A stretch of DNA of 59,735 nt, taken from positions 1 through 59,735 of the forward strand of contig CAVYGB010000005.1 in NCBI GenBank assembly GCA_963767925.1, read 5' to 3'. The notes beneath the pieces were generated by a model, which saw only the letters and a list, made by a program, of their open reading frames with translations, was not told where the DNA came from and did no database searches. Positions 37,901 to 48,516 of this stretch are shown in pieces (positions within the stretch are counted from its first letter, which is position 1; each line of letters opens with the position of its first letter). This DNA comes from an uncultured delta proteobacterium. GTDB taxonomy: Bacteria; Myxococcota_A; Polyangia; Fen-1088. The position numbers were made by a program, and so were the translations under genes.

Positions 37901-39305
37901 GCTGCCTCCCGGGGTGCGGCTGGCCGGCTGGGCGCCGACCGCGGCGGGTGACGTGCTCGAGTCCTTCGCCCCCACCGGGCTGATGCTGGGCTGGGGCGTG
38001 GGCGCGACGGGCGGGACGGTGTGGCTGTCGGATCCGCCGGCCAACGACGACACCGAGTTCACGACCAAGGGGGCGGCGACGGGGCGCAAGTGGGCCACGG
38101 CCTGGACGGGCGGCTGGGGCGCCGACATGGCCCCCGACGCGCGGCGGGGCCGGGTCTGCCAGCTCGCGGTGGGGGCGGACAACGGAATCCACTGCTGGGA
38201 TCCGGCGACCGGGACGGTGACCGACTCGATCACCGGCAGCTTCCCCTGGACGGCGACGTCGCAGCGGGGCCTCGCCTACCGGGAGGACGACGACAGCTTC
38301 TACGTCGCCGGCTGGAACGAGGGCATCGTCTACCACGTCAAGGGGCTGTCTCACCCCGACAAGGGCGCGGTCATCGGGCAGTGCACGCCGGCGGACGGGT
38401 CGATCTCGGGCCTGGCCTGGAACGGGGCGATGGGGGTGCTGTGGGTGGCGACGAACAGCATGACCGACAGCATCTACGAGCTGAACCCCAACGACTGCAC
38501 GGTCCTGTCGGTGGTGGCGCACCCCCAGGCGGGCGGCTTCCAGGGCGGCGGGCTCGACATGGACGAGAACGGGGACCTGTGGATGGTGGGGCAGAACCCC
38601 AACAAGGTCTTCCTGGTCGAGAGCGGGGTGCCGGCGTTCAACGACGTCTCCTGGCTGACGGTGACGCCGGCGCGCGGGTCGGTGGCGCCGGGGGCGGTGC
38701 AGGCGCTCGAGGTGACGGTCAACACGACGGGGCTGCAGCCGGGGACGTACCTGGCGAGCATCTTCGTGGTGAGCAACTCGGCGCGCGAGGGGCGCATCCG
38801 GGTGCCGGTGAGCGTGGTGGTGACGGCGTACCAGCAGGCGGTCAACGCGGGCGGGCGCAGCTACACGGACAAGGCCGGAGACGCCTGGGCGGCGGACAAG
38901 CGCCACAGCGAGGGGAGCTGGGGCTACATCGACAGCTCGACGCCCCGGTCGACGTCGCACGGGATCTCCGGGACGGCGGATCCGAAGCTGTATCAGTCGC
39001 AGCGGCTGGATGCGTACGCTTATCGGTTCGATGGGGTGCCGAGCGGGGTGTACCAGGTGGATCTGCGGTTTGCGGAGTTCGAAAATGTCGGACCGGGGCG
39101 GCGGGTGTTCGATGTCGTGTTCGAGAACACGCTTGTGTTGCCGGCGTACGATGCCTTCTACGAGGTGGGGAGGTATGCGGCGGATTCGAACACCTTCTTC
39201 ATCGAGATCACGGATGGGCGGGCTGACCTGCGGCTTGTGTCGCGGGCGGGGTTCATGAAGCCGATCATCAACGCTCTGAAGCTCACCCACCGGCCTGACC
39301 GCTAG
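34935..39305 (+). CDS. S8 subtilase with carboxypeptidase-regulatory-like repeats, a beta-propeller-like region and a C-terminal malectin domain
   Basis: Lipobox VAC. Catalytic motifs NIDTG, HGTHTMG and SGTSMASPH. Repeated GTV.D..G.P..GA.V units. C-terminus VNAGG..YTD..G..W.AD, LYQSQR and VDLRFAE..G.RVFDV. Confidence 0.92.
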   Translation: MKRWSFSRSLAACSIALTFVACGDASRAPLETGSGTTVDPSQPPLTTRSLDAPLTVWVVLKPEANLGRALSQNWVVRGREVVRELTSTATTTQASLQRFLATRGIRFQSFWIVNSLKLTADRNTIAEIGRRPEVAKILPDRTYSVPPIRAGDPGRAVQAVEWGVTNVRAPEVWSTFGTRGENIVVANIDTGAQYDHPALVGQYRGNNGNGTFDHNYNWFDPSKSCGSPCDTNAHGTHTMGSMVGNDGADGAPGANQIGVAPKARWIAARGCASGGCTLEHLMAAGQWLLAPTDVNGQNAQPDKRPHVINNSWGGGGGDTFYQEIVQSWVAAGIFPAFSSGNAGPGCQSNGSPGDYAESYAVGAHDVMNGIADFSSRGSSFFGSIIKPNISAPGVDVRSSVPGGYESFSGTSMASPHLSGVVALIWSAAPTLVGDIAATRALLDQTAIDTADLSCGGTPANNNVFGEGRVDAFAATEQAPRGPTGTLGGTVTAAGGGPLAGATVKVEGPTKRNTVTDAAGAYTLLLPIGSYTVTAGAFGYVSKSAEGVVITEGATTSQSFELAAAPAQAVSGTVREGNGAPVAGAKVTILGTPLPPAVADASGRYSFASVPEGTYEVRAESGRCLEAQLETLLVDGPETLDFALPERQDAFGYRCRNVPVEFIEAETVLPLVGDLVQTTVALPFPFTLYGQTYDTATVTPKGYIALSASPVNYINTPIPDPATPNATLYALWDDLVVDAGASVRTQVVGTAPNRKFVVEWRDVQFFEQPNLRARFEMVLSETGQILFQYLDPSGDPRQQGNSATIGIENDKGTVGFQYSVNEATVTPGTGILFTFPDSGFVEGTVTDANDGKPVSGHEVRALQDGVVVRTASTNSAGKYRVQLPVGSYVIQAGSKAYGQQEVPVSLGLNQTVTVDFALKTARAEVTPPTVEMVLTPNQSRSKTLGLRNSGSLPLDFEVAESGGKPQAVVATARIKRREGLDPRAFNTRGLLPPGVRLAGWAPTAAGDVLESFAPTGLMLGWGVGATGGTVWLSDPPANDDTEFTTKGAATGRKWATAWTGGWGADMAPDARRGRVCQLAVGADNGIHCWDPATGTVTDSITGSFPWTATSQRGLAYREDDDSFYVAGWNEGIVYHVKGLSHPDKGAVIGQCTPADGSISGLAWNGAMGVLWVATNSMTDSIYELNPNDCTVLSVVAHPQAGGFQGGGLDMDENGDLWMVGQNPNKVFLVESGVPAFNDVSWLTVTPARGSVAPGAVQALEVTVNTTGLQPGTYLASIFVVSNSAREGRIRVPVSVVVTAYQQAVNAGGRSYTDKAGDAWAADKRHSEGSWGYIDSSTPRSTSHGISGTADPKLYQSQRLDAYAYRFDGVPSGVYQVDLRFAEFENVGPGRRVFDVVFENTLVLPAYDAFYEVGRYAADSNTFFIEITDGRADLRLVSRAGFMKPIINALKLTHRPDR

Positions 39306-39356
39306 GCGGCGGGGGGTGGTGCCGCCGCTGGCGGCAGCGGCGGGGGGTGCGCGGAC

Positions 39357-39402
39357 GAAAGACGCCGGGCTCGGGGAACCGAGTCCGGCGTTTTCTTTTT
39401 TG
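39357..39402 (+). terminator. Rho-independent terminator
   Basis: GAAAGACGCCGGGCTCGG-GGAA-CCGAGTCCGGCGTTTTCTTTTTT downstream of the S8 gene. Confidence 0.85.
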
Positions 39403-39425
39403 GGGTTTGGGGGCGGGGCGGGGCG

Positions 39426-39513
39426 GAGTCGGTGTGGGGATCGAGTCGGTGTGGGGATCGAGTCGGTGTGGGGATCGAGTCGGTGTGGGGATCGAGTTGT
39501 GGGGGTCGAGTCG
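39426..39513. repeat. 17-bp tandem repeat, four copies plus a partial
   Basis: GAGTCGGTGTGGGGATC at 39426, 39443, 39460 and 39477. Confidence 0.9.
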
Positions 39514-39895
39514 TCGGAGCCAGGGGGGGCGGGCTACGTGCTTTACGGCGGGGGGGCGGGAGGGGGGCGGTCCCTCCCGGCGGACGGCCGCTCACGCGCC
39601 GGCCGGGGGGGCCCCACGGGCCTCGGCGGGCGGTGGGAGCGGGACACCGGCAATGGCTTGGTGGAGGCGCGCGGCCTCGACTCGCGCCCTGGCAACCGCC
39701 GCAGACGGCGGTGCAGGCGCTCCACGCCCCCGGGAGAGACGTCCCCACCTCCCCCCCGCCCGGGGTGGCCTACATTTTCTCCGCCCTGGGCGGGCACCTT
39801 CACCTCGATGAGCACAAGGGGCTCACCTGGGCGTACTGCGTCCTGGCTGCCGCCCCACCGGGGGGAGCGCCAGCCAGGATCGCCTGGGCGGCGGA

Positions 39896-41065
39896 TCAGC
39901 GGCGGCGGCGGCGGCGGCGCGCCAGCAGCAGAGCGCCTCCGAGGAGGATGCTGGCCGTGGCGGGGCCGCTGCCGCTGGTGGGAGCGCTGCTCAGGCTGCA
40001 GTCGCAGCCGCCGGAGGCCGGACCGGGGGTCCCGGGGGAAGGCGGGGCGGGGGGCGGCGGCGCCGAGCCTCCGGTACCGCCCGAGCCACCCGCGCCGGCC
40101 GATCCACCGGTGCCGCCCGCGCCGGCCGATCCACCCGTGCCACCCGAGCCAGCCGGGCCGGCGCCGCCCGCCCCGCCGGATCCCCCGCTGCCGCCCGCGC
40201 CACCGGCGCCACCCGCGTCGCTGCCCCCCGCGTCGGGAGGAACCGGCGCGCCGGCATCCGACGGCGGCGGCGGAGGAGGAGCCCCGTCGTCCTCACACTC
40301 GGCCGCGCTGACCTTCGAGGCGCAGAAGTCCGCGAAGCGCACCTGCTCGTCGCGCAGCTGGTCCCGGTTGTTCAGGCTGCGGTAGATGCCGAACTTGGAG
40401 TCGTGGCCGCTGGCGTTGTCGTCCCACATGTCCGCGTCGCCGGCCTGGGAGAACAACATCACCCCGTCGGAGAGGCGGCGGATGGTGGTCTCGGTCCGCC
40501 CCGCGTTGGCGTAGAGGACCTTGAGGTTGACCACCACCCAGGTCCCGCGAAACCTCGCCAGCTCGGCGGTCCCGGAGTTGTTGATCCGCCCGGTGGTGCC
40601 GAAGCTGTTCCCTCGCGGGGTCAGCGTCATGATCGGCGCGCCCAGGTCCGACTTGATCTGGAAGATGTGGGTGAAGTTCGGCGAGGCCTGGAAGCCGGCG
40701 TCCAGCTTGAACTTCCAGCGGTAATACACGGTCTCGTTGTTCTGGGCCACGATGTCGGCCGCGCGCGCCCGGATCTCGGTGCGCTGGCGGTCGGTGCCCC
40801 CGCAGCGGTCGTCGTCCTGGCCCACGTGGGCGTGGAAGACGAAGACGTTCTTCTTCAGCTCCTCGTCGAACACCTCGGTGATGTGCGGGACCATGTGCCC
40901 GCAGTCGGGCAGCTCGGTGGTGTAGGCCCCGCGCAGCAGCTCGTAGGTGCCGCCAGGACCGTCCGCGGTCATGAGGTTCCGGGCGAGAGCGGCCGGCGGC
41001 GCCAGCAAGAGCGCCAGCAGGACGGCGGGCCCAGCCAGGACACGGGAGCGGCAGGAAGACGACAT
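39896..41065 (-). CDS. Polysaccharide lyase (heparin lyase I-like) with MYXO-CTERM-like anchor
   Basis: Motifs DDDRC..DRQRTEI, YYRWKFKL..GFQASPNFTHIFQIK and KFGIYRS. Gly linker, then GGCDCSL..TM..RRRRRRR. Confidence 0.75.
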   Translation of the reverse strand: MSSSCRSRVLAGPAVLLALLLAPPAALARNLMTADGPGGTYELLRGAYTTELPDCGHMVPHITEVFDEELKKNVFVFHAHVGQDDDRCGGTDRQRTEIRARAADIVAQNNETVYYRWKFKLDAGFQASPNFTHIFQIKSDLGAPIMTLTPRGNSFGTTGRINNSGTAELARFRGTWVVVNLKVLYANAGRTETTIRRLSDGVMLFSQAGDADMWDDNASGHDSKFGIYRSLNNRDQLRDEQVRFADFCASKVSAAECEDDGAPPPPPPSDAGAPVPPDAGGSDAGGAGGAGGSGGSGGAGGAGPAGSGGTGGSAGAGGTGGSAGAGGSGGTGGSAPPPPAPPSPGTPGPASGGCDCSLSSAPTSGSGPATASILLGGALLLARRRRRRR

Positions 41066-41322
41066 GGTGCCTCGTTTATGCCCCGGAAACCCCACCTCCG
41101 ATGTCCCCCGATCGGGAGACACGCCGCCCTTCCGTCCCACGTCGCCGCGGTCACACCCCTTTCCACGAAAATTTCCCGGGCATTACTCGGCGGGATCGCC
41201 GTTGTTTTGGTGTTCTAGAAATAAAAGGCACGACGAGACATAGCCGATTCAACGGGTCGTTTTGGCTCTCACGCCGGCTGACGCCTGGCGCGGGGGCGTC
41301 CACCTCCACGAAAGGACCTCAC

Positions 41323-41826
41323 ATGCTCGAGAGCAGCCGCCTTCCCGGTCTGATCTTCGCCACCACCTTCCTCGGCCTCGCCGCCAGCGCCAGCCCGGCT
41401 CTCGCCCGGGACATCGTCAAACCCGGCTTCGCCTGCGCCGGCTCCCCCGGCAACCCGGGCGCCACGCCGGACAATCCCGGTGGCATCCACCGCGACCCGC
41501 AGGGCATCCGCCCGGCGTTCCCGTTCTTCGCCTTCGTACAGTGTTTCAACAACGACGGCGTGATCGACGTGAGCCAGGTCCGAATCAAGGTCGCCGACAC
41601 CCGCCCCGACGCCGACATCACCTGCACCATCGAAGGCAGAAACGGCGACGACACCACCTTCGGCCCCTTCCCCGGCCGCAGCTCCGGCGGCGGCGAACAG
41701 GACATCTTCATCCCGGTCCCATTCAACAACAACACCCGCCTGCTGGAGGTGCGCTGCCGCCTGCCTGAAGACACCGGCCTGGGGCCCAACACCCTGCGCA
41801 GCTGGACGGTGGTCAGCCGCACCTAG
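41323..41826 (+). CDS. Secreted hypothetical protein
   Basis: ATG follows AAGGA. Signal peptide ends PALA. Four Cys and a beta-rich sequence. Confidence 0.7.
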   Translation: MLESSRLPGLIFATTFLGLAASASPALARDIVKPGFACAGSPGNPGATPDNPGGIHRDPQGIRPAFPFFAFVQCFNNDGVIDVSQVRIKVADTRPDADITCTIEGRNGDDTTFGPFPGRSSGGGEQDIFIPVPFNNNTRLLEVRCRLPEDTGLGPNTLRSWTVVSRT

Positions 41827-41858
41827 ATTGCCGATCGTCTTGACCGCGAACGCCGGAG

Positions 41859-42028
41859 CCCCTCACCCCTCCCTCTCCCCGCTGCCGCGGGGCGAGGGCG
41901 AACGGTCCCGGGGAGGCAGAAATCCGCACAAATCCGTCAAGGGGCATCTCTCGTAGGATGACCGGGCACCTGGCCGATCGTTCACCCTCGCCCCGCGCCA
42001 GCGGGGCGAGGGAGGGGTGAGGGGTCTC
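41859..42028. repeat. Inverted REP doublet (REPIN-like)
   Basis: Subtype A REP at 41859-41905 and an inverted copy at 41978-42028, with a ~72-bp spacer. Confidence 0.75.
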
Positions 42029-42046
42029 CGGCCAATCGTTGGTGCC

Positions 42047-42340
42047 CTACGGGTCGCCTCCATGCCCGATGGTGTCGACGTCGGCGATGGCGAAGGGGGA
42101 ATCTTCGGCTCGCAAATTCTCTAGGCCGGTCGCCCCGCGTTCCTCGTCGAGGGACTGCAACAGTGGCCCCTTGCGAAGGGGCAAGAAGGCGCGCATCCGA
42201 TCCTTCCGCGCTCGGTAGCGACCGTCCGGCAGTCGTTCAACCAGCTCCAATTTGACGAGCGCATTCGAGATCCCGACTCAGAGTCCGGCGGGTCTTGCCG
42301 GCGTAGGCCAGGGCGGTGCGCGGGGTGATCGTCATGATGG
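42047..42340 (-). pseudogene. C-terminal winged-helix remnant resembling the tail of a Fic-family protein
   Basis: Removing one G near 42267 gives MTITPRTALAYAGKTRRTLSRDLNALVKLELVERLPDGRYRARKDRMRAFLP. There is no room upstream for a Fic catalytic domain. Confidence 0.5.
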
Positions 42341-42436
42341 CCGCGTCGGTTTGGGGAGAGCCTCCCCCCCCGGCATGGACCGGGCAAAGGCGGGCCGCTG
42401 GGAACCGGCCAAGACCGCTACAGGTGGTGACAGGCC

Positions 42437-45400
42437 TCAGGCGACGTCGCGAAGGCCGGGGGCGTCGTGCCGCGGTGCTGGCGGTTGCTGGGTGGCGGCG
42501 GCGTCCAGGTGCAGGGGTACGATGACGCCGTCGAAGGGGAGGTGGATCCAGGTCGTGATGGTCTTGGTGGGGCGGGCGGCGGCGGCGGCGGCGGCGTAGC
42601 AGGCGAGCTGGCCGGCGAGGGAGTCGGTGCGGGTCGATGCGGCGGTGTGGCTGAAGCTCTTGTGGTCGATGATGGCGAGGGCGGCGGGGGATTCGATGAG
42701 GAGGTCGGCGGTGCCTTGCACGATGGTGCCGGTGTCGAGGTGGAGGGCCAGGGGCCATTCTGTGTGGACGGCGCTGGCGTCGCCGAAGTTGTTGCGCGCC
42801 CAGCGCCACAGGCGATCGGCCATCTCGACCAGGGCGGGTGCTTCCAGCGCGCCGGCCACCTCGTACCTTTGCAACAGGCCGGCGGCCAGCTCGTGGCGTG
42901 CGTTCGCCGGGCGCTGCGGATCGTCTGCGCCCAGGAAGGCGTGCACGGCGGTCCCCAGGGCGTCCACCTCGACGGTGCCCTGCATCCGCAGCGGAGGGCC
43001 CAGGCGCACGGGCTCGCCCAGGTGGCCGGGGCGGGAGGGGGCGGACGAGGGGGCCAGGGTGGCGGGGGCGTAGTCGGTGGCGGCGGCTCTTCCGGTGCGG
43101 ATGGTGCCGGGGCGAGGGGGCGCGGCGGCGGGGGCGGCGGGCTGGTGGGGGGCGACCTGGAGCTGGAAGGGGTGGCCGGCCCAGGTGGCGGCGATGGGGC
43201 CGGCGGTGGTGGCGCCGGGGTCGGTGATCAGGCCGGGCTCGATGGCGTCGAGGGTGGCGAGCAGGCCGTCGAGGAGCTTGCCTTCCTGGGCGGCGAGGAT
43301 GAGCTGGTCGCGGGCGCGGGTCCAGCCGACGTAGAGGACGCGCAGGGCTTCGCGCTCGGCCTGGTGGGCGATCTGCTGGAAGGCGGGGCTGGCGGCGTAG
43401 GCGTCCTTGACGGGGCCCTTCTGCACGCTGTTGGTGTAGGGATTGGGCCAGAAGTGGATCCAGCGGCCGCCCAGGGGGTCGTTCACGTCAAAGGTGCGGC
43501 GGTCGCCGAGCACGTGGACGCCGTAGGCCTGCGGGGGGCGGACGGACTCCAGGCCGAAGAGGATCACGATGGGCCACTCCAGCCCCTTGGCGGCGTGCCA
43601 GGTCGAGACCGTGATGGCGTCGTCGGCGCCAACCCGGGCGGCGGTGTCGGTGCGCGCTTTGCCCCAGCGGCCGTCCTCCACCAGGCCGTCGAGGTAGGTC
43701 AGGAAGCCGACCAGCGAGGGGGCGTCGCCGCCGGCGCGGCGCTCGTCGCAGTAGCTGCTCGCGTGGGCGCGGAGGGCGTCCAGGTTGGCGGTGCGCTGGG
43801 CGGCGTCCGGTCCGGATCCCCGAGCGGGCTCCGCGCCTCCCGCGGGGCTGCGCGCGCCGCCAGGCTGGGCGGCTCCGCCCGCGTTGCCCCAGCCCGCGCA
43901 CAGGCGCCGCAGGTCGAGGGCGTCGATCACCACGTCGATGGCGGGCAGCACGTCGAGATCCGGGGCCTGCGCCCGGGCGGCCAGGACGGCGGCGGCGGCC
44001 GGGCTGCTGCTCAGGCGCTCGCGCGCGTCGGGAGCCAGCGTCCTCGTCACGAAGGCGCCGGCGTCGTCGGGGTGCTCGAGGATGCGCACCAGGGTCGCGG
44101 CCGCCAGCCGGTCGCCGGGATCGACCCACAGGCGGAGGCCCATGCGCAGGACCTGGGCCTCGGCGGTGTCGAGCAGCCCGACCCTGGCCACCACCGAGGG
44201 CACGCCCAGGACCCCCAGCGCCTCGGACACCCGCAGGCACTGGGCGTTGGTGCGGCAGAGGATGGCCAGGTCGCGGCCGGTCGCGGGGCGCTGGTCGCGG
44301 GTGGCGCGATCCCAGACGAGGGGCGGCTGTCCCAGCACCTCGCGGGCCCCCGCCGCCACCGCCTGCGCGAGCTGCTCCTGGCTGGCGCCGGCCGGGCTGG
44401 ACAGCGGCCAGTGGCTCACCGCCGGGCCCAGCCCCGCGGCCTCGGGGCGATCCGGCTGCAGGCGGATGCGCGCCTCGGGCATGCCCTGGTGGCGGGAGAA
44501 CGCGCGCGCGAAGATGGCGTTGGTGAGCGCGACCAGGTGGGGGCGGCTCCGGTACGAGGTGGACAGCGTCTCGACGGGCGCCCGGCCCGCGACCGCGTCG
44601 ACCGCCGCCGCGACAAGGTCGGGATCGCGCGACGGGCTGGCCAGCGACTCGATGGCGGCGTCCATCAGCGCCGGGTCGGTGCCGCGGAAGCCGAAGATGG
44701 CCTGCTTGGGATCGCCGACCCACACCGACTGCCCGGCCAGCTCGGCGAGCTTCAGGAAGATGGCGAGCTGCAACGGGCTGGTGTCCTGGAACTCGTCGAC
44801 CAGCACCAGGTCGAGCTGCTCGGCCAGCACCTCGCGGACCTCCGGGAGGGAGAGCAGCTCGAGGGCGTGCACCTCCTGGTCCACGTAGTCGAGCAGGCCC
44901 CGCTCGCGCTTCAGGCGCTGGTAGGCCGTCCAGCCCGCGGGAGGCGATGTCGAACATCAGGCGGATCAGCCGATGCAGCTCGCTCCGCAGGCGCGGGTGC
45001 CGCAGGTGCCCGGCCGCCGCCGCCTGCACCGGCGCGGCGTGGGCGAGCGACTTCTTCCTGGGGACCTCGGTGACAAGCTTCGTCCAGTCGCCCCAGCGCA
45101 GCCGCCCGCGGGCCAGGTCCCGATCGCAGTCGCGCAGAAAGCGACAGTAGGTCTTCGTCCCGCCGGTTGTGTCGACCGCGGGGTCGATCGCCGCCAGCGC
45201 CCCGCGCATCGCCTCGTGCAGCGCCCGATCCAGCGCCTCGGCCGAATCGCCGACCGGTCCCAGGCACGCGTCGAGGGCGGCCACCGAGCGCTCCGCCGAC
45301 GCCGCCAGCCCGCGGGCGTCGAGGCCGTTGGCCCGGGCCGCCTCGACGAGCCGATGGACCTCGTATTGCCAGTCGAGCTCCTGGTCGAACTTGCGGTTGA

Positions 45401-45785
45401 AGGCCTGCACCTGCTCGGACAGGTCATCGGTGACCACCGACGCCAGCGCGCGCTTCAGCTCCAGCTCCGCCCCCGCCTCGTCCAGCACCCGCAGCTCCGG
45501 CGAGAGCCCGAGCTGGAACGAGAAGTCCGTCACCAGCGACCCACACACCGCGTTCACGGTGCCGATCCGCGCGGTCAGCAGGGCCTGCGCCTGCTTGCCG
45601 TGCCCACCCTGCAGCAGCCGCGTGCGCGCCCGATTCTGCAGCTCCGCCGCCGCCTGCCTGGTGAAGGTCGTCGCCAGGATCGCCTCGGGCCGCGCCGAAG
45701 CGCCGCTGACCGCGCGCTCGAGGAGGTCGGCCAGGCAGGTGGTCTTGCCCGTCCCCGCGCTGGCCGTGATGATCCGGACGTTCAC
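42437..45785 (-). CDS. UvrD-like SF1 helicase with a C-terminal RecB-type nuclease (AddA-like), frameshifted near 44927
   Basis: Helicase motifs ASAGTGKT, TFTRQAA, LVDEFQD, VGDPKQAIFGFRG, SYRS, TWHAAKGLEW and LYVGWTRA. Nuclease motifs GTADLL..IIDHKS..QLACY. GTG 45785 overlaps the upstream TGA. Confidence 0.88.
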
Positions 45786-48326
45786 AGCGCCCCCTGCCGC
45801 CCGCACAGCCCGGCGTACGAGCAATACTGGCAGGGCAGCGCCAGCCGCAGCCCGCTCGGCGCGTACATCGGCTTCACCTCGTCCTCGACCGCCCCCGGCG
45901 CCTCCAGCTCTCCCCGCGCCAGCGCCTCCCGCCGGCCCTGCAGCGTCGCCAGCGCCGCCGCCCAGGTCTCCGACGACCGATAGCCCCCCTCCAGGCAGGC
46001 ATCCGCCGCCAGCCGCCCGCCCGGCTCGGCCAGCAGGTCCTGCGTGAGCAACGAGAAATACGCCGACTCCGCCGGCCGCCCATCCACCGCCCGCATCGCC
46101 GCGTAGGCCGCGAGCTGGACCGCGGTGCCCGACTCGAGCCGCGTGGCATGCGACCGCTTGCCCCACTTCAGATCCAGCACCACCGCCGGCTCGTCCCAGA
46201 CCACGTCCAGCCGCCCCTGGATGGCCTGCCCGCCAGCCACCGTCCCGGCCGGCAGCTCCGCCCGCACCCCGCGCGCCCCATGTCTGGCCGCCAGCCGCAC
46301 CAGCTCGCGCGCCGAATCGACGATGGTCCCCCGCAACGTCGCCCGCGCCGCCTGGAACTCCCGCAGCTCCAGCGCCTCGCACAGATCGCCGATCTGCGCA
46401 TCGAACAGCGCCCCCGCCGTGGCCGCCGCCTCCTCGGGCACCGCCTGCTCGCGCCCGAGCACCTGCTCGAGCACCCGGTGCGCGATCAGCCCGTACAGCA
46501 GCGGCCCCGGCCGCGCCGGCCCGGCCGACAGCCCCGACGAGAGCTGCGCGGGATACTGCAGGGTCCAGGAGAGGGAACAGGCGATGAGCCGCTCGAGGCT
46601 GGAGGGCGACTCCACCTCGCGCAGGACGAGCGAGGTGGCCACCTTGACCGCCGGCGCCGCCGTCACCACCGGCCGGGGCGGGACGACCGCCGTGCTGGCC
46701 GGGGCGAGGTGGACCAGGCTGGTCCGCTCCAGCTTGCGTGCGTCCTGGCAGGACTGCAGGGAGGCGGTGAGGTCGTCCCAGAGCGGGTGCGGGTGGTTGG
46801 CGTCGCCGCTCGCGTCGGTCAGCGGACAGGCCAGCACCAGCGCCTCCCGAGCCTGCAGGAGCGGCCGCCGCCAGCCCTCCGCCTCGATGGCCATCGCCCG
46901 CGCCGGATCCGGCGGCTCCACCCCGAGCGCGCGCAGCCCCTGGCGCTCCGCCCGGGTCAGCAGCAGCCGCTCCGGTCGCGGCGCCGCCTCGCGCGAGAAG
47001 CCCCACCACACCACCGCCCGGGCCGGCCCCAGGACCGCCCCCGGCCGCGCCACGTGGGCCAGCCCCGCCTGCGCCCGATGCCACGACCAGGTCGATTCAC
47101 CGAGGTCCTCACAGAGACTGCGCACGCTCATGGCGGTTGAGCGCCTCGGCGCCGGTGGAGTCGACCGCCTCGGAGAATGCGTGCACCTGCCGCGCCAGCT
47201 CGAGCAGCGAGGGCACGTGCACCGCCCGCCGCCGGGCCCAGGCGCCCAGCAGGTCGAGACGCGGGCGCAACGCCGAGACCGGGATGGCCTCCTCCCGCCC
47301 ACACACCGGCATCAGCAGCGTGGTGACCCGCCCGTCGATCTCCGCCCGCCGCGGCTCGTGGATGTTTTCGAGGGCCCTGGCCAGCTCCGCTGTCCATTCG
47401 GGCGCGCCTCGGCCGGGAAACCGCTGCAGCGCCCGGATGAGGGGCCCCGCCACCCGCCGCGGAATCGGCCCCGGATCCGCCGCCAGCAAGGCATGCAGGT
47501 CGTCGGCCGCCATCGGCGCAAACGCCGCCTCCAGCACCAGCGCGAGCAACCGCGAAGAAGCCGGCGCCCCGCCCTCCCCGCCCGCGCGCGGCAGGCCATG
47601 CCGGGCCAGCGCCCGGTCCAGCACGCCGTCCGCGCCGACGATCACCACCCCGTCCAGCGTGTCGGAAGCCGCCAGCGACGCCGCCACCTCGTCCGCCAGA
47701 TCCAGCGCCCCATGCCGCCGCAAGAGGCACAGGCGCCCGTCTCCCGCCGGCTGAAACCCGGCCGCCCGCGCCCGGGCGAGGTCTCCGAGGGCGGGCGCCG
47801 AGGGGAGAACCGACTCCTCGATGGCAACGCCCGCCTGCCGCAGGGACTGGAACACAGCCCGCCAGCCAGGAGGAAGCAGCTCGATCGGCGTGTAGCTGGC
47901 CAGCGCCTCGAAGACCGCCCGCCGCCCCGCGAGCGCCTCCGCGACCGCCCGCAACCGGTCGGGGACCCCAGCCGGCGCCCCCATCGTCGCCTCGTGCAGC
48001 TCCGCCAGCCGCCGCGACACCCCCTGCCCCGTCCACCCCCACAGCCAGAGCAGATCGCGATCCCGCAGCAGCCGCTTGCAGGTGCCGATCGGATCGATGT
48101 CGAACGAGGCCCGCCAGAACCCCGCCGCCCTTCCCCGCAGCAACCCCTCCAGCCGACACGCCCGCTGCAAAGCCCCGTCGAAGCGCCCCCCCAGCCCCAG
48201 CCGGGTCTCCAGCAACCCGAGCAACCCGAGCGGCCCCACCCGCGCCTCCCCGAACACGACCTCCCCCCGCCCCGGCGCCCCCACCCACGCCGCCCCATCC
48301 AACGCCCAATCGAACACCACCCGCAC
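45782..48326 (-). CDS. AddB-like protein with a C-terminal PD-(D/E)XK nuclease and a probable Fe-S site, frameshifted near 47125
   Basis: Motifs SPSSLERLIAC, GLIAHRVLE, GRLDVV, VLDLKW, QLAAY and CQYCSYAGLC. Removing one G joins ..LNRHE to LRSLCEDLGE... Confidence 0.82.
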
Positions 48327-48516
48327 GGAGTTGATGGTGGCAGAGGGATCGCAGGTTGGTCAGGGTACCAGGTGGGCAGCTACATACCCGAAGACTCGAA
48401 GACCTCTCGGCGCCTCGCCACCGCAGGAACGAGATCCAACGTACTTCCATGCCGTCCTGGCCCAATGACCCTGAACAGGCTTTCGCGACTCCGCCCCACA
48501 GGGACAGGTCGCACCT

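Noticed and set aside
34974..39290. Very long antisense ORFs (also 3484-5715, 5199-8699, 21327-23750, 42467-45073)
   Set aside because: These are shadow frames of GC3-rich genes on the opposite strand, with no recognisable motifs.
39700..39895. Possible small + strand ORF (AYIFSALGGHLHLDEHKGLTWAYCVL)
   Set aside because: No clear start or stop independent of the overlapping antisense gene, and no recognisable family.
45782..46620. Cas4 gene
   Set aside because: The four-Cys PD-(D/E)XK domain is the C-terminus of a long AddB-like protein coupled to a UvrD helicase, with no cas1/cas2 or array.
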